DNA of 32,000 bases from Prochlorococcus marinus str. NATL2A (GTDB taxonomy: Bacteria > Cyanobacteriota > Cyanobacteriia > PCC-6307 > Cyanobiaceae): assembly GCF_000012465.1 (NCBI RefSeq), contig NC_007335.2:930001-962000 (forward strand), written 5' to 3'. The position numbers and the translations under genes were made by a program. Positions within the stretch are counted from its first letter, which is position 1; every line of letters begins with the position of its first letter. Below, one piece after another: positions 1 to 9,058 of the stretch. The notes beneath the pieces were generated by a model that was given only the letters and a program-made list of their open reading frames with translations, was not told where the DNA came from and searched no databases.

Positions 1-424
1 CACCCATTTCTCTTTGTTGAAAAGTTTCTCCAACACAAACAATTGGAATTAACTGATGATCTTGAGCGGATTTTGCTCTTTTATTAATTTGTTCATCACT
101 TTCACTAAAATATTTACGAGGTTCACTGTGTCCAACGATTGCACACTTAACCGAAAGCTCATTAAGCATTAGGGGAGAAACTTCTGCCGTATAGGCCCCA
201 CTATCCTCCCAATGAACATTTTGGCTAGATAACGATAGATATTCATTTCTGTCCCTAATAAACTCAGACAGAGGGTATAGGGCTGTAAATGGGGGGGCAA
301 TAACAATTTCCCTATCTTTTTTCGGAATATCTTTCAGTAGTGGAATTAATACACGCATGTACTCAATCGCTTCGGTACATGTCATGTTCATCTTCCAATT
401 CCCTGCAATGACCGGTTTACGCAC
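1..424 (-). CDS. tpiA: Triosephosphate isomerase, N-terminal ~141 codons (C-terminus lies beyond position 1)
   Basis: Not in the ORF track (GTG start, runs off the window edge). My minus-strand translation from GTG at 424-422 reads [55 protein letters not shown]...[73 protein letters not shown] and stays open to position 1. AGNWKMN, GAYT-E, VGHSE-R and CVGE are classic TIM motifs. Confidence 0.9.
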   Translation of the reverse strand, partial: MRKPVIAGNWKMNMTCTEAIEYMRVLIPLLKDIPKKDREIVIAPPFTALYPLSEFIRDRNEYLSLSSQNVHWEDSGAYTAEVSPLMLNELSVKCAIVGHSEPRKYFSESDEQINKRAKSAQDHQLIPIVCVGETFQQREMG

Positions 425-433
425 GCTAGCTCC

Positions 434-652
434 TCATTTTTCGCTTCTTGCCAACTTACGGCCTAGAGGATCAGAATTTGGAACAATGTATGTTTCATTT
501 GCAAAAGAAATTTGATCTCCATCAATTAATTTCCTACCTCTTCTTGTTTCCACCATGCCATTTACTGATATTTTTCCTGACTTAATAATCATTTTGGCTT
601 CACCTCCAGTCTGAACGATTCCCATGAATTTTAAAAATTGATCTAATTTCAT
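434..652 (-). CDS. S4-domain RNA-binding protein (YbcJ-like)
   Basis: 72-aa ORF. KLDQFLK...GGEAK..I..G.I.VNG..ETRRG.KL..GD.I is the S4 alpha-L RNA-binding pattern. Its stop lies 10 nt upstream of the tpiA start on the same strand, so the two are probably co-transcribed. Confidence 0.75.
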   Translation of the reverse strand: MKLDQFLKFMGIVQTGGEAKMIIKSGKISVNGMVETRRGRKLIDGDQISFANETYIVPNSDPLGRKLARSEK

Positions 653-690
653 TTACGTGCATTTAAATTAAACATTGATAGTTTGATGGA

Positions 691-2427
691 ATGAAACAAA
701 AAAACAAAATAAATTTTATTTACCTGATAGGGAAACTAAAGGGACATTTGCCAACATTGCTTTTGGGTGGCATAAGCATGATTATATACGTAATTTGTTG
801 GCCAATACTTGCATGGTTATCAGGCAAGTTAATACCTGCTATTGGTCAAGGCAATACAAAACAAGTATTGATTGTAATTTTACAAGCCTTAATTATTTTT
901 ATCATTCAAAAAACAGCACAATATCTTCAAGATAGTCTTTTAGCAAAACCAGCATTAGCTCTAAGCCAAGACTTACGAACAACACTATTTAGAAAACTTC
1001 AAAAAACTAATATTATTTTTATCGAAAAACTTTCATCTGGGGATATTGCATACAGACTTACAGAGGATGTTGATCGAGTTGGGGAAGTTATCTATAAATC
1101 AATTCAAGATACAACACCGTCGATATTTCAATTATTAGCAGTATTTGGTTATATGATATTTATTGATTGGAATTTATCACTTGCAACGATCATATTAGCG
1201 CCTTTAATTGCTTTATTAGTAAGTGACTTTGGAGGGAAAGTATTAAAAGCATCTGAACAAAGTCAAGACAAAATCAGTTCATTAGCAGGTTTGCTATCAG
1301 AGGCAGTTCAAGGTCTACCCATGGTTAAAGCATTTGCTGTAGAAGCATGGCTTCAAGATGATTTTGATAAACAAGTTAAATTACACAAAGAGGCTAAATA
1401 TAAAATGCTAAGGCTTGTAGCCCTTCAGCACCCAATAGTGGGATTAATAGAAATAATAGGTATTTTAGGGATCCTCACAATAGGAACTTATAGAATACAA
1501 ACAGGAGGTATGTCTAACGAAGAATTTGGTAGTTATTTTACAGCCTTAATAATGTTAATTGATCCAATAAGCCATATTACTACTAACTATAACGAATTAA
1601 AGCAAGGACAAGCTTCACTAAGAAGATTAAATGAAATAACAAATAAACCAATAGAAATATCAAGTTCAGAAAGAGGCATTACTCCTGATAGAATAGATGG
1701 AAAGTTATCATTTAAGGATGTATGTTTCTCATATAATGATCATAAAGAGGTTATAAATAAAATTAATCTAGATATTGATAATGGAAAAATAATGGCATTA
1801 GTTGGACCTTCAGGAGCAGGAAAAAGTACAATCTTTTCATTAATTTTAAAATTCATAGAACCTTCTAGTGGATCAATATTTATTGATAATTATAATTTGA
1901 ACAAAGTAAACACCAATTACTTAAGAAGATTAATAGGTATAGTTCCACAAAAAACATTTATATTTTCAGGGACCATATCAGAAGCAATAAGATTTGGAAG
2001 GCCAACCACTAAAGCAAACATAGTTAATGCAGCAAGAATTGCAAATGCTCATGGTTTTATTGAAGAATTACCAGACGGCTATGAAACTTTTATAGAAGAA
2101 AGGGGAAACAATCTTTCTGGAGGTCAGTTACAGAGAATATCAATAGCAAGAGCTTTATTAGGAGATCCAACAATTTTATTGCTAGATGAAGCTACTAGTG
2201 CCCTAGATGCTGAATCTGAGGAATCTGTTCAGAAGGGTCTTCAACAAGCTATGCACAATCGAACAGTCTTGGTAATCGCTCACAGATTATCAACAATACA
2301 AAAGGCAGATAAAATAGCTGTAATTGAAAAAGGCGAAGTACTTGAAGTAGGTAGCCATAAAGAATTAATTAATCGGCAAGGAAGATATAAGGATTTTTGC
2401 GATAAACAATTTATCAAGAGCTATTAA
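691..2427 (+). CDS. ABC transporter, fused permease/ATPase (MsbA-like exporter family)
   Basis: 578 aa. The N-terminal half is hydrophobic with multiple TM helices. The C-terminal half has Walker A GPSGAGKST, ABC signature LSGGQLQR, Walker B ILLLDEATSALD and an H-loop AHRLST. Confidence 0.93.
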   Translation: MKQKNKINFIYLIGKLKGHLPTLLLGGISMIIYVICWPILAWLSGKLIPAIGQGNTKQVLIVILQALIIFIIQKTAQYLQDSLLAKPALALSQDLRTTLFRKLQKTNIIFIEKLSSGDIAYRLTEDVDRVGEVIYKSIQDTTPSIFQLLAVFGYMIFIDWNLSLATIILAPLIALLVSDFGGKVLKASEQSQDKISSLAGLLSEAVQGLPMVKAFAVEAWLQDDFDKQVKLHKEAKYKMLRLVALQHPIVGLIEIIGILGILTIGTYRIQTGGMSNEEFGSYFTALIMLIDPISHITTNYNELKQGQASLRRLNEITNKPIEISSSERGITPDRIDGKLSFKDVCFSYNDHKEVINKINLDIDNGKIMALVGPSGAGKSTIFSLILKFIEPSSGSIFIDNYNLNKVNTNYLRRLIGIVPQKTFIFSGTISEAIRFGRPTTKANIVNAARIANAHGFIEELPDGYETFIEERGNNLSGGQLQRISIARALLGDPTILLLDEATSALDAESEESVQKGLQQAMHNRTVLVIAHRLSTIQKADKIAVIEKGEVLEVGSHKELINRQGRYKDFCDKQFIKSY

Positions 2428-2468
2428 AATAGAATTAATGCTATATTAAAAAGATTATTACTAATTAA

Positions 2469-2696
2469 ATGTCAAATACTCCATCAAGCGAAAAGGAAGC
2501 TATTTTAACATTTGAGGATAAAAAATATGACATTAAAACCTTACCCAAAGAAGTACAAGAACTTATTAAAGGAATGCAAGTTGCCGACGCTCAATTAAGG
2601 ATGCACGAGGACACCCTGAAAGTTCTAGCAGTGGGGCGGCAGCATCTAATTATGCAACTTAAATCAAAACTGGAAACAATAAACCCAATAAACTAA
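2469..2696 (+). CDS. Hypothetical 75-aa protein (helical, coiled-coil-like)
   Basis: Clean ORF 41 nt after the ABC gene on the same strand. Composition is protein-like. No family recognised. Confidence 0.5.
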   Translation: MSNTPSSEKEAILTFEDKKYDIKTLPKEVQELIKGMQVADAQLRMHEDTLKVLAVGRQHLIMQLKSKLETINPIN

Positions 2697-2843
2697 TTAA
2701 TTAAACATATAATTAAGTATAATTATCATTGCCTATAAAATCATAAATAGTAATTGTACTTATAAAGTAATAACATTAAATAATTTGGAGCCCTTAGCGT
2801 AGAAGGGCATCGACATGAGAGAATCTAAAGAAAAAATAAAGAG

Positions 2844-3134
2844 ATGAGTACTAAAGGTTATTGGCTTAAGCAGGCCAAAATAGAAAGCACAGCACAATTC
2901 ATAGAATACGTAAAAACCGTAGTTCCATGGCTTAGGTCCGTTGGTGGAACGATCATTGCTAAAGATGTAAACCAAAATTCAGATTTAAACGAATGGGATG
3001 GCGGACAATTAGGAGTAATTGTTGAATTTGAATCAAAAGCAGCAGCTCAACAAGCATTTAACTCATCTGAATTTCAAGAGTACATTAAATATAGTGGAAT
3101 AGAAAATCAATTATCGCTATCAATAATCGGATAG
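2844..3134 (+). CDS. DUF1330-like small protein
   Basis: 96 aa. The size and the pattern (KGYWL...A.I.....F.EY......L...GG..IA......LEG.W.G..LVI.EF.S...A..........Y) resemble the dimeric alpha-beta-barrel DUF1330 family. Confidence 0.6.
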   Translation: MSTKGYWLKQAKIESTAQFIEYVKTVVPWLRSVGGTIIAKDVNQNSDLNEWDGGQLGVIVEFESKAAAQQAFNSSEFQEYIKYSGIENQLSLSIIG

Positions 3135-3174
3135 CTTAATTATCAATATAAAAAATAACTAGAATAAGTTAATT

Positions 3175-3402
3175 ATGATAAGAGATTCCTCAACTCTTCA
3201 AAAAGGTCAACTTTTAAGAGTTGAAATAAACGAAGTTAAAGATCGCCTACCTCAAAATATTCTTGAAGACATTAGAAAAGAACCTATTGTCGAATTAGTA
3301 GGATACAAAATGGTAGATGGAAATGAATTTGGACTAGTGGTTAAACTAAATAATGGTGAGATAAATTGGTTTTTTGAAAAGGAATTATCTGAAATAATGT
3401 AA
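3175..3402 (+). CDS. Hypothetical 75-aa protein
   Basis: ORF with balanced composition. Family not recognised by eye. Confidence 0.45.
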   Translation: MIRDSSTLQKGQLLRVEINEVKDRLPQNILEDIRKEPIVELVGYKMVDGNEFGLVVKLNNGEINWFFEKELSEIM

Positions 3403-3501
3403 TTAATACCTAGGAGGAGTATATTTTATATAAATAAAAGATACATATTTAGATAACAGATGATTAATAACGTATATTGACAATAATTAAATGAAGAGAT
3501 T

Positions 3502-3642
3502 ATGCCTTACAACCAAATCACAGTGGTAATTGGTGGACTTATGCATATTCCTGTAATTATACTTTTTCTAAGATTTATTGAAAATAGATTTAATAATAGA
3601 AACTGGACTAAGGAAGAACTTAATTACAATAAATTAGTCTGA
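3502..3642 (+). CDS. Possible 46-aa single-TM micro-protein
   Basis: Hand-found ORF below the track cutoff: MPYNQITVVIGGLMHIPVIILFLRFIENRFNNRNWTKEELNYNKLV. One hydrophobic helix followed by a basic tail. Confidence 0.3.
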   Translation: MPYNQITVVIGGLMHIPVIILFLRFIENRFNNRNWTKEELNYNKLV

Positions 3643-3704
3643 AAATATATTAACCAGAAAATATTTATAATTAGCCTAATTAAGCATAAGTAATATTATA
3701 AAGA

Positions 3705-4319
3705 ATGAAAACTATTATAATTACAGGCCCATCTGGCTCAGGGAAGTCTTATCTAAGTAAAAAGATTTCTAAATCATTTAATAATTCGATAGTAATAAAA
3801 ACAGATTCATATTATAAAGATAATATATTCATCAAATTTTTATCAATATTTCAATATGATATATATGATAGGCCTATAAGTTTCATGAAAAATGAAATAA
3901 AGAAGACAATTAGGTCTATTCATAATAAAGAAAGATTAATATCATTTTATAAATATGACTTCAAAAGAAAAGATTCAAAAAGATCAAAAGTAAGTATTAA
4001 CTATGAAGGTGACAGTCAATTCCTAATATTAGAAGGAATATTTGCTCATAGATTAGATTTAAATTACAAAGAGACTATAAATATTGTATGTGAAGAGGAA
4101 AAACAAATTTGTTTTAAAAGAAGACTAAAAAGGGATCAATCAGAAAGAGGAAGAGGGACTAGTGAGGTCTTTAATAAATTCGATAAGTCTTGGCATTTAT
4201 TTTATGAAAATGTACAAAAATATCTTAATTACTATAAGGTATTTTCAATAAGTACACTTGATAAAGTTAGTTACAATAAATTAGTTGAAAAGTTACTAAA
4301 CGAAAAAAAAATAAACTAA
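3705..4319 (+). CDS. P-loop kinase, uridine kinase-like
   Basis: 204 aa. Walker A GPSGSGKS at the N-terminus, DSYYKD shortly after and LILEGIFA mid-protein match the uridine/cytidine kinase family layout. Confidence 0.6.
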   Translation: MKTIIITGPSGSGKSYLSKKISKSFNNSIVIKTDSYYKDNIFIKFLSIFQYDIYDRPISFMKNEIKKTIRSIHNKERLISFYKYDFKRKDSKRSKVSINYEGDSQFLILEGIFAHRLDLNYKETINIVCEEEKQICFKRRLKRDQSERGRGTSEVFNKFDKSWHLFYENVQKYLNYYKVFSISTLDKVSYNKLVEKLLNEKKIN

Positions 4320-4375
4320 GAAAAATAATTCATTTACTTTTCTTAGTTGTTGTTTGAAAATTAAATATGATGTTT

Positions 4376-4525
4376 CTACTTTTTAACCTCTGGAGCATTC
4401 ATTCCATCATAGTCGGGACCAACCATTAACCCTACAATTGCAAATAAAGCAATTGAAGCAACTCCAACCAGAACAGCCGTTGGGGCTGGAGTACTAGTAA
4501 GGCCAGCAATTAAAAAATTACCCAT
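4376..4525 (-). CDS. 49-aa membrane protein, paralogue A
   Basis: Hand-translated ORF missing from the track: MGNFLIAGLTSTPAPTAVLVGVASIALFAIVGLMVGPDYDGMNAPEVKK. About half the positions are identical to the ORF at 4811..4960. Confidence 0.55.
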   Translation of the reverse strand: MGNFLIAGLTSTPAPTAVLVGVASIALFAIVGLMVGPDYDGMNAPEVKK

Positions 4526-4810
4526 AAAAAGATTGATAAAGCTAGTTATAAATAGCAGAAAAAGGAATCAATTTATTAATTATTAACTAGTTTTGAACCA
4601 AAAAATCTAATACAGACATTTTGATACAGATATAAGAAACTAATGTTTAAATGTTAAATATATTCTATACAAAGTTAAGTGTTAATCGTACGCGCAATGT
4701 TTAAAGAATAGGCCTGCAAGAAATAATTTGCCTAAGATACAATTATTTTAAAACAAAAAAAATGGGTAAACATGGAAAACATATCAACCCACTTAATTTA
4801 ACTAGATAGA

Positions 4811-4960
4811 CTATTTAGATGTATTTGGATCATTGAAACCATCGTAATTAGGACCAACTACGACAGCCATAATTCCAAATAGAGCCATAAACGCGATACC
4901 AACGATTGGAGCAGTAGGAGCTGGTGTACTTAGTAGTCCAGCGAAAGTTAAAGGAAGCAT
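4811..4960 (-). CDS. 49-aa membrane protein, paralogue B
   Basis: Internal Met of track ORF 4811..5032: MLPLTFAGLLSTPAPTAPIVGIAFMALFGIMAVVVGPNYDGFNDPNTSK. Same length as paralogue A and same STPAPTA...VGP(D/N)YDG motifs, so the shorter start is preferred. Confidence 0.55.
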   Translation of the reverse strand: MLPLTFAGLLSTPAPTAPIVGIAFMALFGIMAVVVGPNYDGFNDPNTSK

Positions 4961-5274
4961 GTTCTTTAGTAAGACCCAATATAAATACCAGCCATTAGGG
5001 AATATGACCATTGAAATTTTAATTTGTAACATTTAAATCAAGCTTAAGTAAGCTATGACTGGGTTTATAAAGAGAATCATGAAGAAATCTTAGTAAAACT
5101 CAAATTTTTGAAAGATAGCCACTCTGCTGCTTAAAAAACAGATTGATTCATTCAAAAATAAAAAATATAAAAGATTAAAAATATAATTTAATATCCATTG
5201 AACTTCAATCAAAATATAAGAAAAGAAGTAAATTTGCTAATATAAGAAAATAAAATCAATATAAAAGTGTCGAA

Positions 5275-5676
5275 GTGATTTCTAACCTACGTCCAATAAC
5301 ACCCGTTGATGAATTTGAACAAGCCTGTATAAAAGCCAATTTAAATAATAAAGAACAAAAGATTATTGACCACATTAGATATGTTGGTGTATTTACTCAA
5401 CCGTCACTCACTAAAGATCTTAAATTAGAATCAAAGCCACCAATATTATCTGTGCTATGTGAAATTTGCAGAAAAATAGGTAACCATATGCCAGAACACT
5501 TTAGTAATATCAGAGAATGGTCAAAAGAAATTAATGAGCATAAGGTTAAATGGGACGGTGACCTAGTGTGTTCACTCGCATGGAATAAAGACGGAGAACG
5601 ATTATCACCAGAAAATGGCACATGCTTGTACCATACATTTGCTGTACACAAAGAATTATTCCAAGGTCTGGATTAA
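5275..5676 (+). CDS. Hypothetical 133-aa protein
   Basis: GTG-start ORF with protein-like composition. The antisense ORF 5397..5651 is judged spurious. No family recognised. Confidence 0.5.
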   Translation: MISNLRPITPVDEFEQACIKANLNNKEQKIIDHIRYVGVFTQPSLTKDLKLESKPPILSVLCEICRKIGNHMPEHFSNIREWSKEINEHKVKWDGDLVCSLAWNKDGERLSPENGTCLYHTFAVHKELFQGLD

Positions 5677-5697
5677 ATTTCTAATCTAGATAAATGG

Positions 5698-5907
5698 TTA
5701 TCCCTGAAAAAGGTACTCAAACAAGACATTATTAAAACCTAACTCTTCGGCTGAAAATTCAAGCATCAAATTATCAGATTCTATTTGGGAACGGAAGGAT
5801 CTAATTTCTTCGGATTCTTCTCCTGATGGAGGAATGCCGTCGACAACATCAAAGATAATGTTTTGTCGATCAATTTCTGCAAGAACTTCATTTGCCATAA
5901 GGATCAA
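5698..5907 (-). CDS. Hypothetical acidic 69-aa protein
   Basis: ORF convergent with 5275..5676. Highly acidic. No family recognised. Confidence 0.4.
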   Translation of the reverse strand: MILMANEVLAEIDRQNIIFDVVDGIPPSGEESEEIRSFRSQIESDNLMLEFSAEELGFNNVLFEYLFQG

Positions 5908-6117
5908 ACTTAGTACTAATTAATACATAGCCAATATCTTGCAACTGTAAAAGCAAATAAAACATTCCTTTACGAAAAAGGCAGGTTATATAAATGGCGA
6001 AAGCTGAGATATTTAAAGATCAGCCCAAAAATCATTATGACTAACACTTTCATACAGAAAAGCACAACAACTTTACATAAATTCACTTATGATTTAATTT
6101 CTTAGTTCATTAGGTAT

Positions 6118-7161
6118 TTGAGCGTGCTTGAGCAAGTAAAAATTTTGGAGTCAGAGGCAAAGGAAAAGCTCGTTGTAGCAGTAACTATGGCCACAGGTAG
6201 GCAAGGTATTGGTGTCGTTAAAGAATTAAGCCAAACAGATAAATACCAAATACGTGCTATCACAAGAAATATAAAGAGTACAAAGGCTCTAGAGCTAGGA
6301 AGCCTAAACAACGTTGAACTAGTCAAGGGAGATTTAATGGATCCTGAAAGCCTTAAAAAAGCTTTTGAAGGAGTAGATGTGATTTTTGGAAATACAACAC
6401 CTACAAAAGGATGGAAAATTTTTAGAGGCAGTATCGTCAGATCCTATGAAATGGAGCAAGGTTATAACTTAATAAATCAAGTCAAAACTGCCTACGAAAA
6501 AGGACACCTAAATCACTTTATATTTAGCTCAATTAGTAAAGCAAAAGACCCACTAAAAAATGATCCGGCTCCAGGACATTTTACGAGTAAATGGGATATT
6601 GAAGAATATATAGAAAAATCAGGTCTTAAAAAAATTACTACTGTTTTAAGGCCCGTTAGCTACTTTGAAAACTTTGAAAACAAATTACCTGGCTATACAA
6701 TTTCAAAGAACATTTTTCCAGGAATAGTTGGCAAGAATTTTAAGTGGCAAACAATCGCAGTAGAAGATATAGGTAAATGGGTTAGAGGTGTTTTATCGAA
6801 ATCAGAGAAATATAAAAATCAATCTATCAATATTGCCGGCGAGGAACTAACAGGACTGGAAATGGCTATGACGCTTCAAAAAATAGTTTCTTCAGAAGGA
6901 ATAAAAACAAATTATGTAATGATCCCTAGATTAGCAATTAAGTTATTGGAATTCGACATTGGCGTTATGGCTGATTGGATTGAAAGATCAGGGTATGGAG
7001 CTGATATGAATAATCTTCAATCGATTCAGAAAGAGTTAAATATTTCTCCTACATCACTTAAAGACTGGCTAAAGACAAAACTTAAAAGACAAAATAAGAA
7101 ACAAAATTCATGGGCAAGGGAGTGGAAATCATCTCAATGGAAACTTCAATGGGATAAATAA
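6118..7161 (+). CDS. NmrA-like NAD(P)-binding (atypical SDR) family protein
   Basis: 347 aa. N-terminal Rossmann-type VAVTMATGRQGIGVV has the first Gly of GxxGxxG replaced by Met. Overall layout resembles NmrA/isoflavone-reductase-like proteins. The start is uncertain (TTG 6118 or GTG 6124). Confidence 0.75.
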   Translation: MSVLEQVKILESEAKEKLVVAVTMATGRQGIGVVKELSQTDKYQIRAITRNIKSTKALELGSLNNVELVKGDLMDPESLKKAFEGVDVIFGNTTPTKGWKIFRGSIVRSYEMEQGYNLINQVKTAYEKGHLNHFIFSSISKAKDPLKNDPAPGHFTSKWDIEEYIEKSGLKKITTVLRPVSYFENFENKLPGYTISKNIFPGIVGKNFKWQTIAVEDIGKWVRGVLSKSEKYKNQSINIAGEELTGLEMAMTLQKIVSSEGIKTNYVMIPRLAIKLLEFDIGVMADWIERSGYGADMNNLQSIQKELNISPTSLKDWLKTKLKRQNKKQNSWAREWKSSQWKLQWDK

Positions 7162-7191
7162 TAAAGAATATATAATTCAGTAAATAAAAGT

Positions 7192-7362
7192 TTATAAACC
7201 ATTTACCTCAATTGATTTTGCAATTGATCTTAGAAATTCAACAATCTCACTATCAGCACAATTTGTATCAGCCTTAAGCTCTACACATAAATCTCTAATA
7301 GATACATTAGTTGACCACCAAATACCTGACGTTTCTGTATCGTCAAAGTTAAATTGGGACAT
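7192..7362 (-). CDS. 56-aa protein, member 1 of a four-copy small-protein family (L-K-x2-T-x-C motif)
   Basis: Hand-found: MSQFNFDDTETSGIWWSTNVSIRDLCVELKADTNCADSEIVEFLRSIAKSIEVNGL. It shares a fixed-spacing motif with the ORFs at 13340, 24392 and 31821. Confidence 0.5.
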   Translation of the reverse strand: MSQFNFDDTETSGIWWSTNVSIRDLCVELKADTNCADSEIVEFLRSIAKSIEVNGL

Positions 7363-7383
7363 TAGATTACATCCAAGTACAAC

Positions 7384-7590
7384 CTAGGATAATTTTTGAG
7401 GATCAGTAGATGAATTATCTAAAGTTTTCAATTCATCAGGCACCTCCATATCTAAACCTTCTAATAATTTTTTTAAAAGGATTTTATTGTTAATTTCATT
7501 TTTGCCGGATCTGAAATTTAGAAAAAAGTAAAAAAGAAAACCAAAACCAAATAATAGAAAAAAGGAATATAAATATGTACTGTTGATCAT
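7384..7590 (-). CDS. Possible 68-aa membrane protein
   Basis: Track ORF with an N-terminal hydrophobic segment and an acidic tail. The region is low-complexity and AT-rich, so coding status is uncertain. Confidence 0.3.
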   Translation of the reverse strand: MINSTYLYSFFLLFGFGFLFYFFLNFRSGKNEINNKILLKKLLEGLDMEVPDELKTLDNSSTDPQKLS

Positions 7591-7919
7591 TCAGATAAAT
7601 AATTACATTTTTATATTGATACCAAATCAGATAAAAATCAATAAAAGTAAAAAAAAAAAAATAACTAAAATGCTTGAACAAACACAATCAGGGATTAAAC
7701 GAATGCGTATATTAAGTATTTATAACTAAAAGATTTCGTCTATTTCGCGATGGCCTCTTTTTCGAGAGGATCTAAGGGAATAGAAAATTCAAGTAAATTA
7801 TCAAAACCAAAAGCAAATAAAATTTATTATAAAAAAAGAACTGATTTAATTATTTACATTTACAATTGAATAAAATATCAAATAAGAGCTTAATATATAT
7901 TTAAATAATTTTAAGATTA

Positions 7920-8087
7920 ATGGTAACGAACATAAGTTATATATTTTTAATCTCAATGCTATTAATTCTTGGTGGGTGGGCTTTTAAAGCATTGATATCG
8001 ATAGCTCAAGGGAAACCCGTAGAAATTAATCTCAAAAACCCACTTAATCTGAAGGCAAGATGGCCCAAAGAAACTAAAGAGAAGTAA
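7920..8087 (+). CDS. Possible 55-aa single-TM micro-protein
   Basis: Hand-found: MVTNISYIFLISMLLILGGWAFKALISIAQGKPVEINLKNPLNLKARWPKETKEK. Confidence 0.35.
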   Translation: MVTNISYIFLISMLLILGGWAFKALISIAQGKPVEINLKNPLNLKARWPKETKEK

Positions 8088-8188
8088 ATAATTATCTAAG
8101 AACTAAAACATAAAGTTTTCATTGCGTTATAAAGGCTTTTGGTCAATTAGCATTAATACAAAATTTACATGGTTTAAAGTAATTAGAA

Positions 8189-8347
8189 ATGCTTGAATCC
8201 TTAGATCCATTCCAGCAACTACTATTAGGCGTAACTAGTGTTGGGGTACTAATGATACTTTTAGTTATTATCCTTACAGCAAGTCCTAACTTTGAAAACA
8301 CAGATAGATTAAAAAAGATCTTAGACTTTCTTGAAAAAAAGAAATAA
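8189..8347 (+). CDS. Possible 52-aa single-TM micro-protein
   Basis: Hand-found: MLESLDPFQQLLLGVTSVGVLMILLVIILTASPNFENTDRLKKILDFLEKKK. Confidence 0.35.
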   Translation: MLESLDPFQQLLLGVTSVGVLMILLVIILTASPNFENTDRLKKILDFLEKKK

Positions 8348-8495
8348 ATTCTTAAGTAAAAGAATCGTGACTACAAATCATTTTAATAACAGAAAAACAA
8401 GATTCTTGAACATAGCTAATATTCTCAAAGGATAACTTAATCAGATCAATCTCTAAAATATAAGTAACGTTGGCAGTAAATAATCATTGCTAGAG

Positions 8496-8747
8496 ATGCA
8501 AAAGGAATTCTTTGACAATAACAAATATCTAATTTGTGCAGGCTTAAGTACTTTATCTCTAGTATTTATGTCAATTTCAACTATATCCGTATCTAAGTCG
8601 GTTAAGGAGTTATCAGCTGACTTGGAGCCGATTTCAACATGGGCTGTCTCACAAAATGAATGCATAACAAAAACATTTCGTATCGACGGGAAAAATACAC
8701 AAGGAATGCCCTCAAAGGTTTGGAGCTGCAATGGAGGAGGACAATAG
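8496..8747 (+). CDS. Hypothetical membrane-anchored protein (~83 aa)
   Basis: ATG inside track ORF 8487..8747. It has one TM helix (LICAGLSTLSLVFMSISTI) followed by a Cys-containing soluble part. Preferred over the antisense ORF 8453..8731. Confidence 0.4.
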   Translation: MQKEFFDNNKYLICAGLSTLSLVFMSISTISVSKSVKELSADLEPISTWAVSQNECITKTFRIDGKNTQGMPSKVWSCNGGGQ

Positions 8748-8770
8748 GTTATCTTCTTTCGATTGGAAGC

Positions 8771-8953
8771 CTAGGATTCACCCCATCTCTTTCCAATTTC
8801 ATATCCCCATAGCTTTGCAAGTTCAACGACATCTTCATGTGTTTTACAACTAGTAATTAATTTATACTTTTCAGGCGAACTATTAATTAATTTAACTAAT
8901 TGATTTAATTGTTCAATTTTATATAAAAACCTTTCATAATCTTTTTTTGACAT
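8771..8953 (-). CDS. Nif11-domain-like small protein
   Basis: 60 aa. F..K......L...I.......L....K..EDVVELAK..GYEI resembles the Nif11 N-terminal domain common in cyanobacteria. Confidence 0.55.
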   Translation of the reverse strand: MSKKDYERFLYKIEQLNQLVKLINSSPEKYKLITSCKTHEDVVELAKLWGYEIGKRWGES

Positions 8954-9058
8954 TTTACTTTAATTTTAAAAAATAAATTATATAAATATTTATTCTAGTG
9001 AATTTAGAGAAATTAAAATAATTTGTAGAAGATAATATTAAAGATATCACAGTGATAA

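Noticed and set aside
691-2427. The ABC exporter as a bacteriocin or lanthipeptide exporter for the Nif11 peptides
   Set aside because: There is no N-terminal C39 peptidase domain (the protein begins directly with TM helices). The gene sits in the housekeeping part of the window, 6-12 kb from the Nif11 genes.
2760-2975. 71-aa minus-strand ORF
   Set aside because: It overlaps the start of the DUF1330-like gene in antisense. The sequence is hydrophobic and aromatic-rich, typical of AT-rich antisense frames.
4642-4657. Tandem 8-mers AATGTTTA AATGTTAA upstream of the 49-aa membrane ORF
   Set aside because: The 8-nt period and the sequence do not match HLR1 or any other site I know, so this is probably an AT-rich coincidence.
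5397-5651. 84-aa minus-strand ORF
   Set aside because: It lies entirely inside the 133-aa plus-strand ORF and has a poorer, Ser/His/Leu-biased composition.
6102-6326. 74-aa minus-strand ORF
   Set aside because: It is antisense to the Rossmann-motif region of the NmrA-like gene.
7649-7661. 13-nt poly(A) tract
   Set aside because: It is intergenic in a very AT-rich genome, and no ORF exists whose frame it could toggle. I treat it as compositional.
7496-7687. 63-aa minus-strand ORF made of Phe/Ile/Tyr/Lys
   Set aside because: It is a translation of an extremely AT-rich low-complexity stretch that includes a 13-nt A run, so it is unlikely to be coding.
8453-8731. 92-aa minus-strand ORF
   Set aside because: It is mutually exclusive with 8496..8747 (+). 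The plus-strand product has a clean TM helix plus a soluble domain and is preferred, but this call is uncertain.
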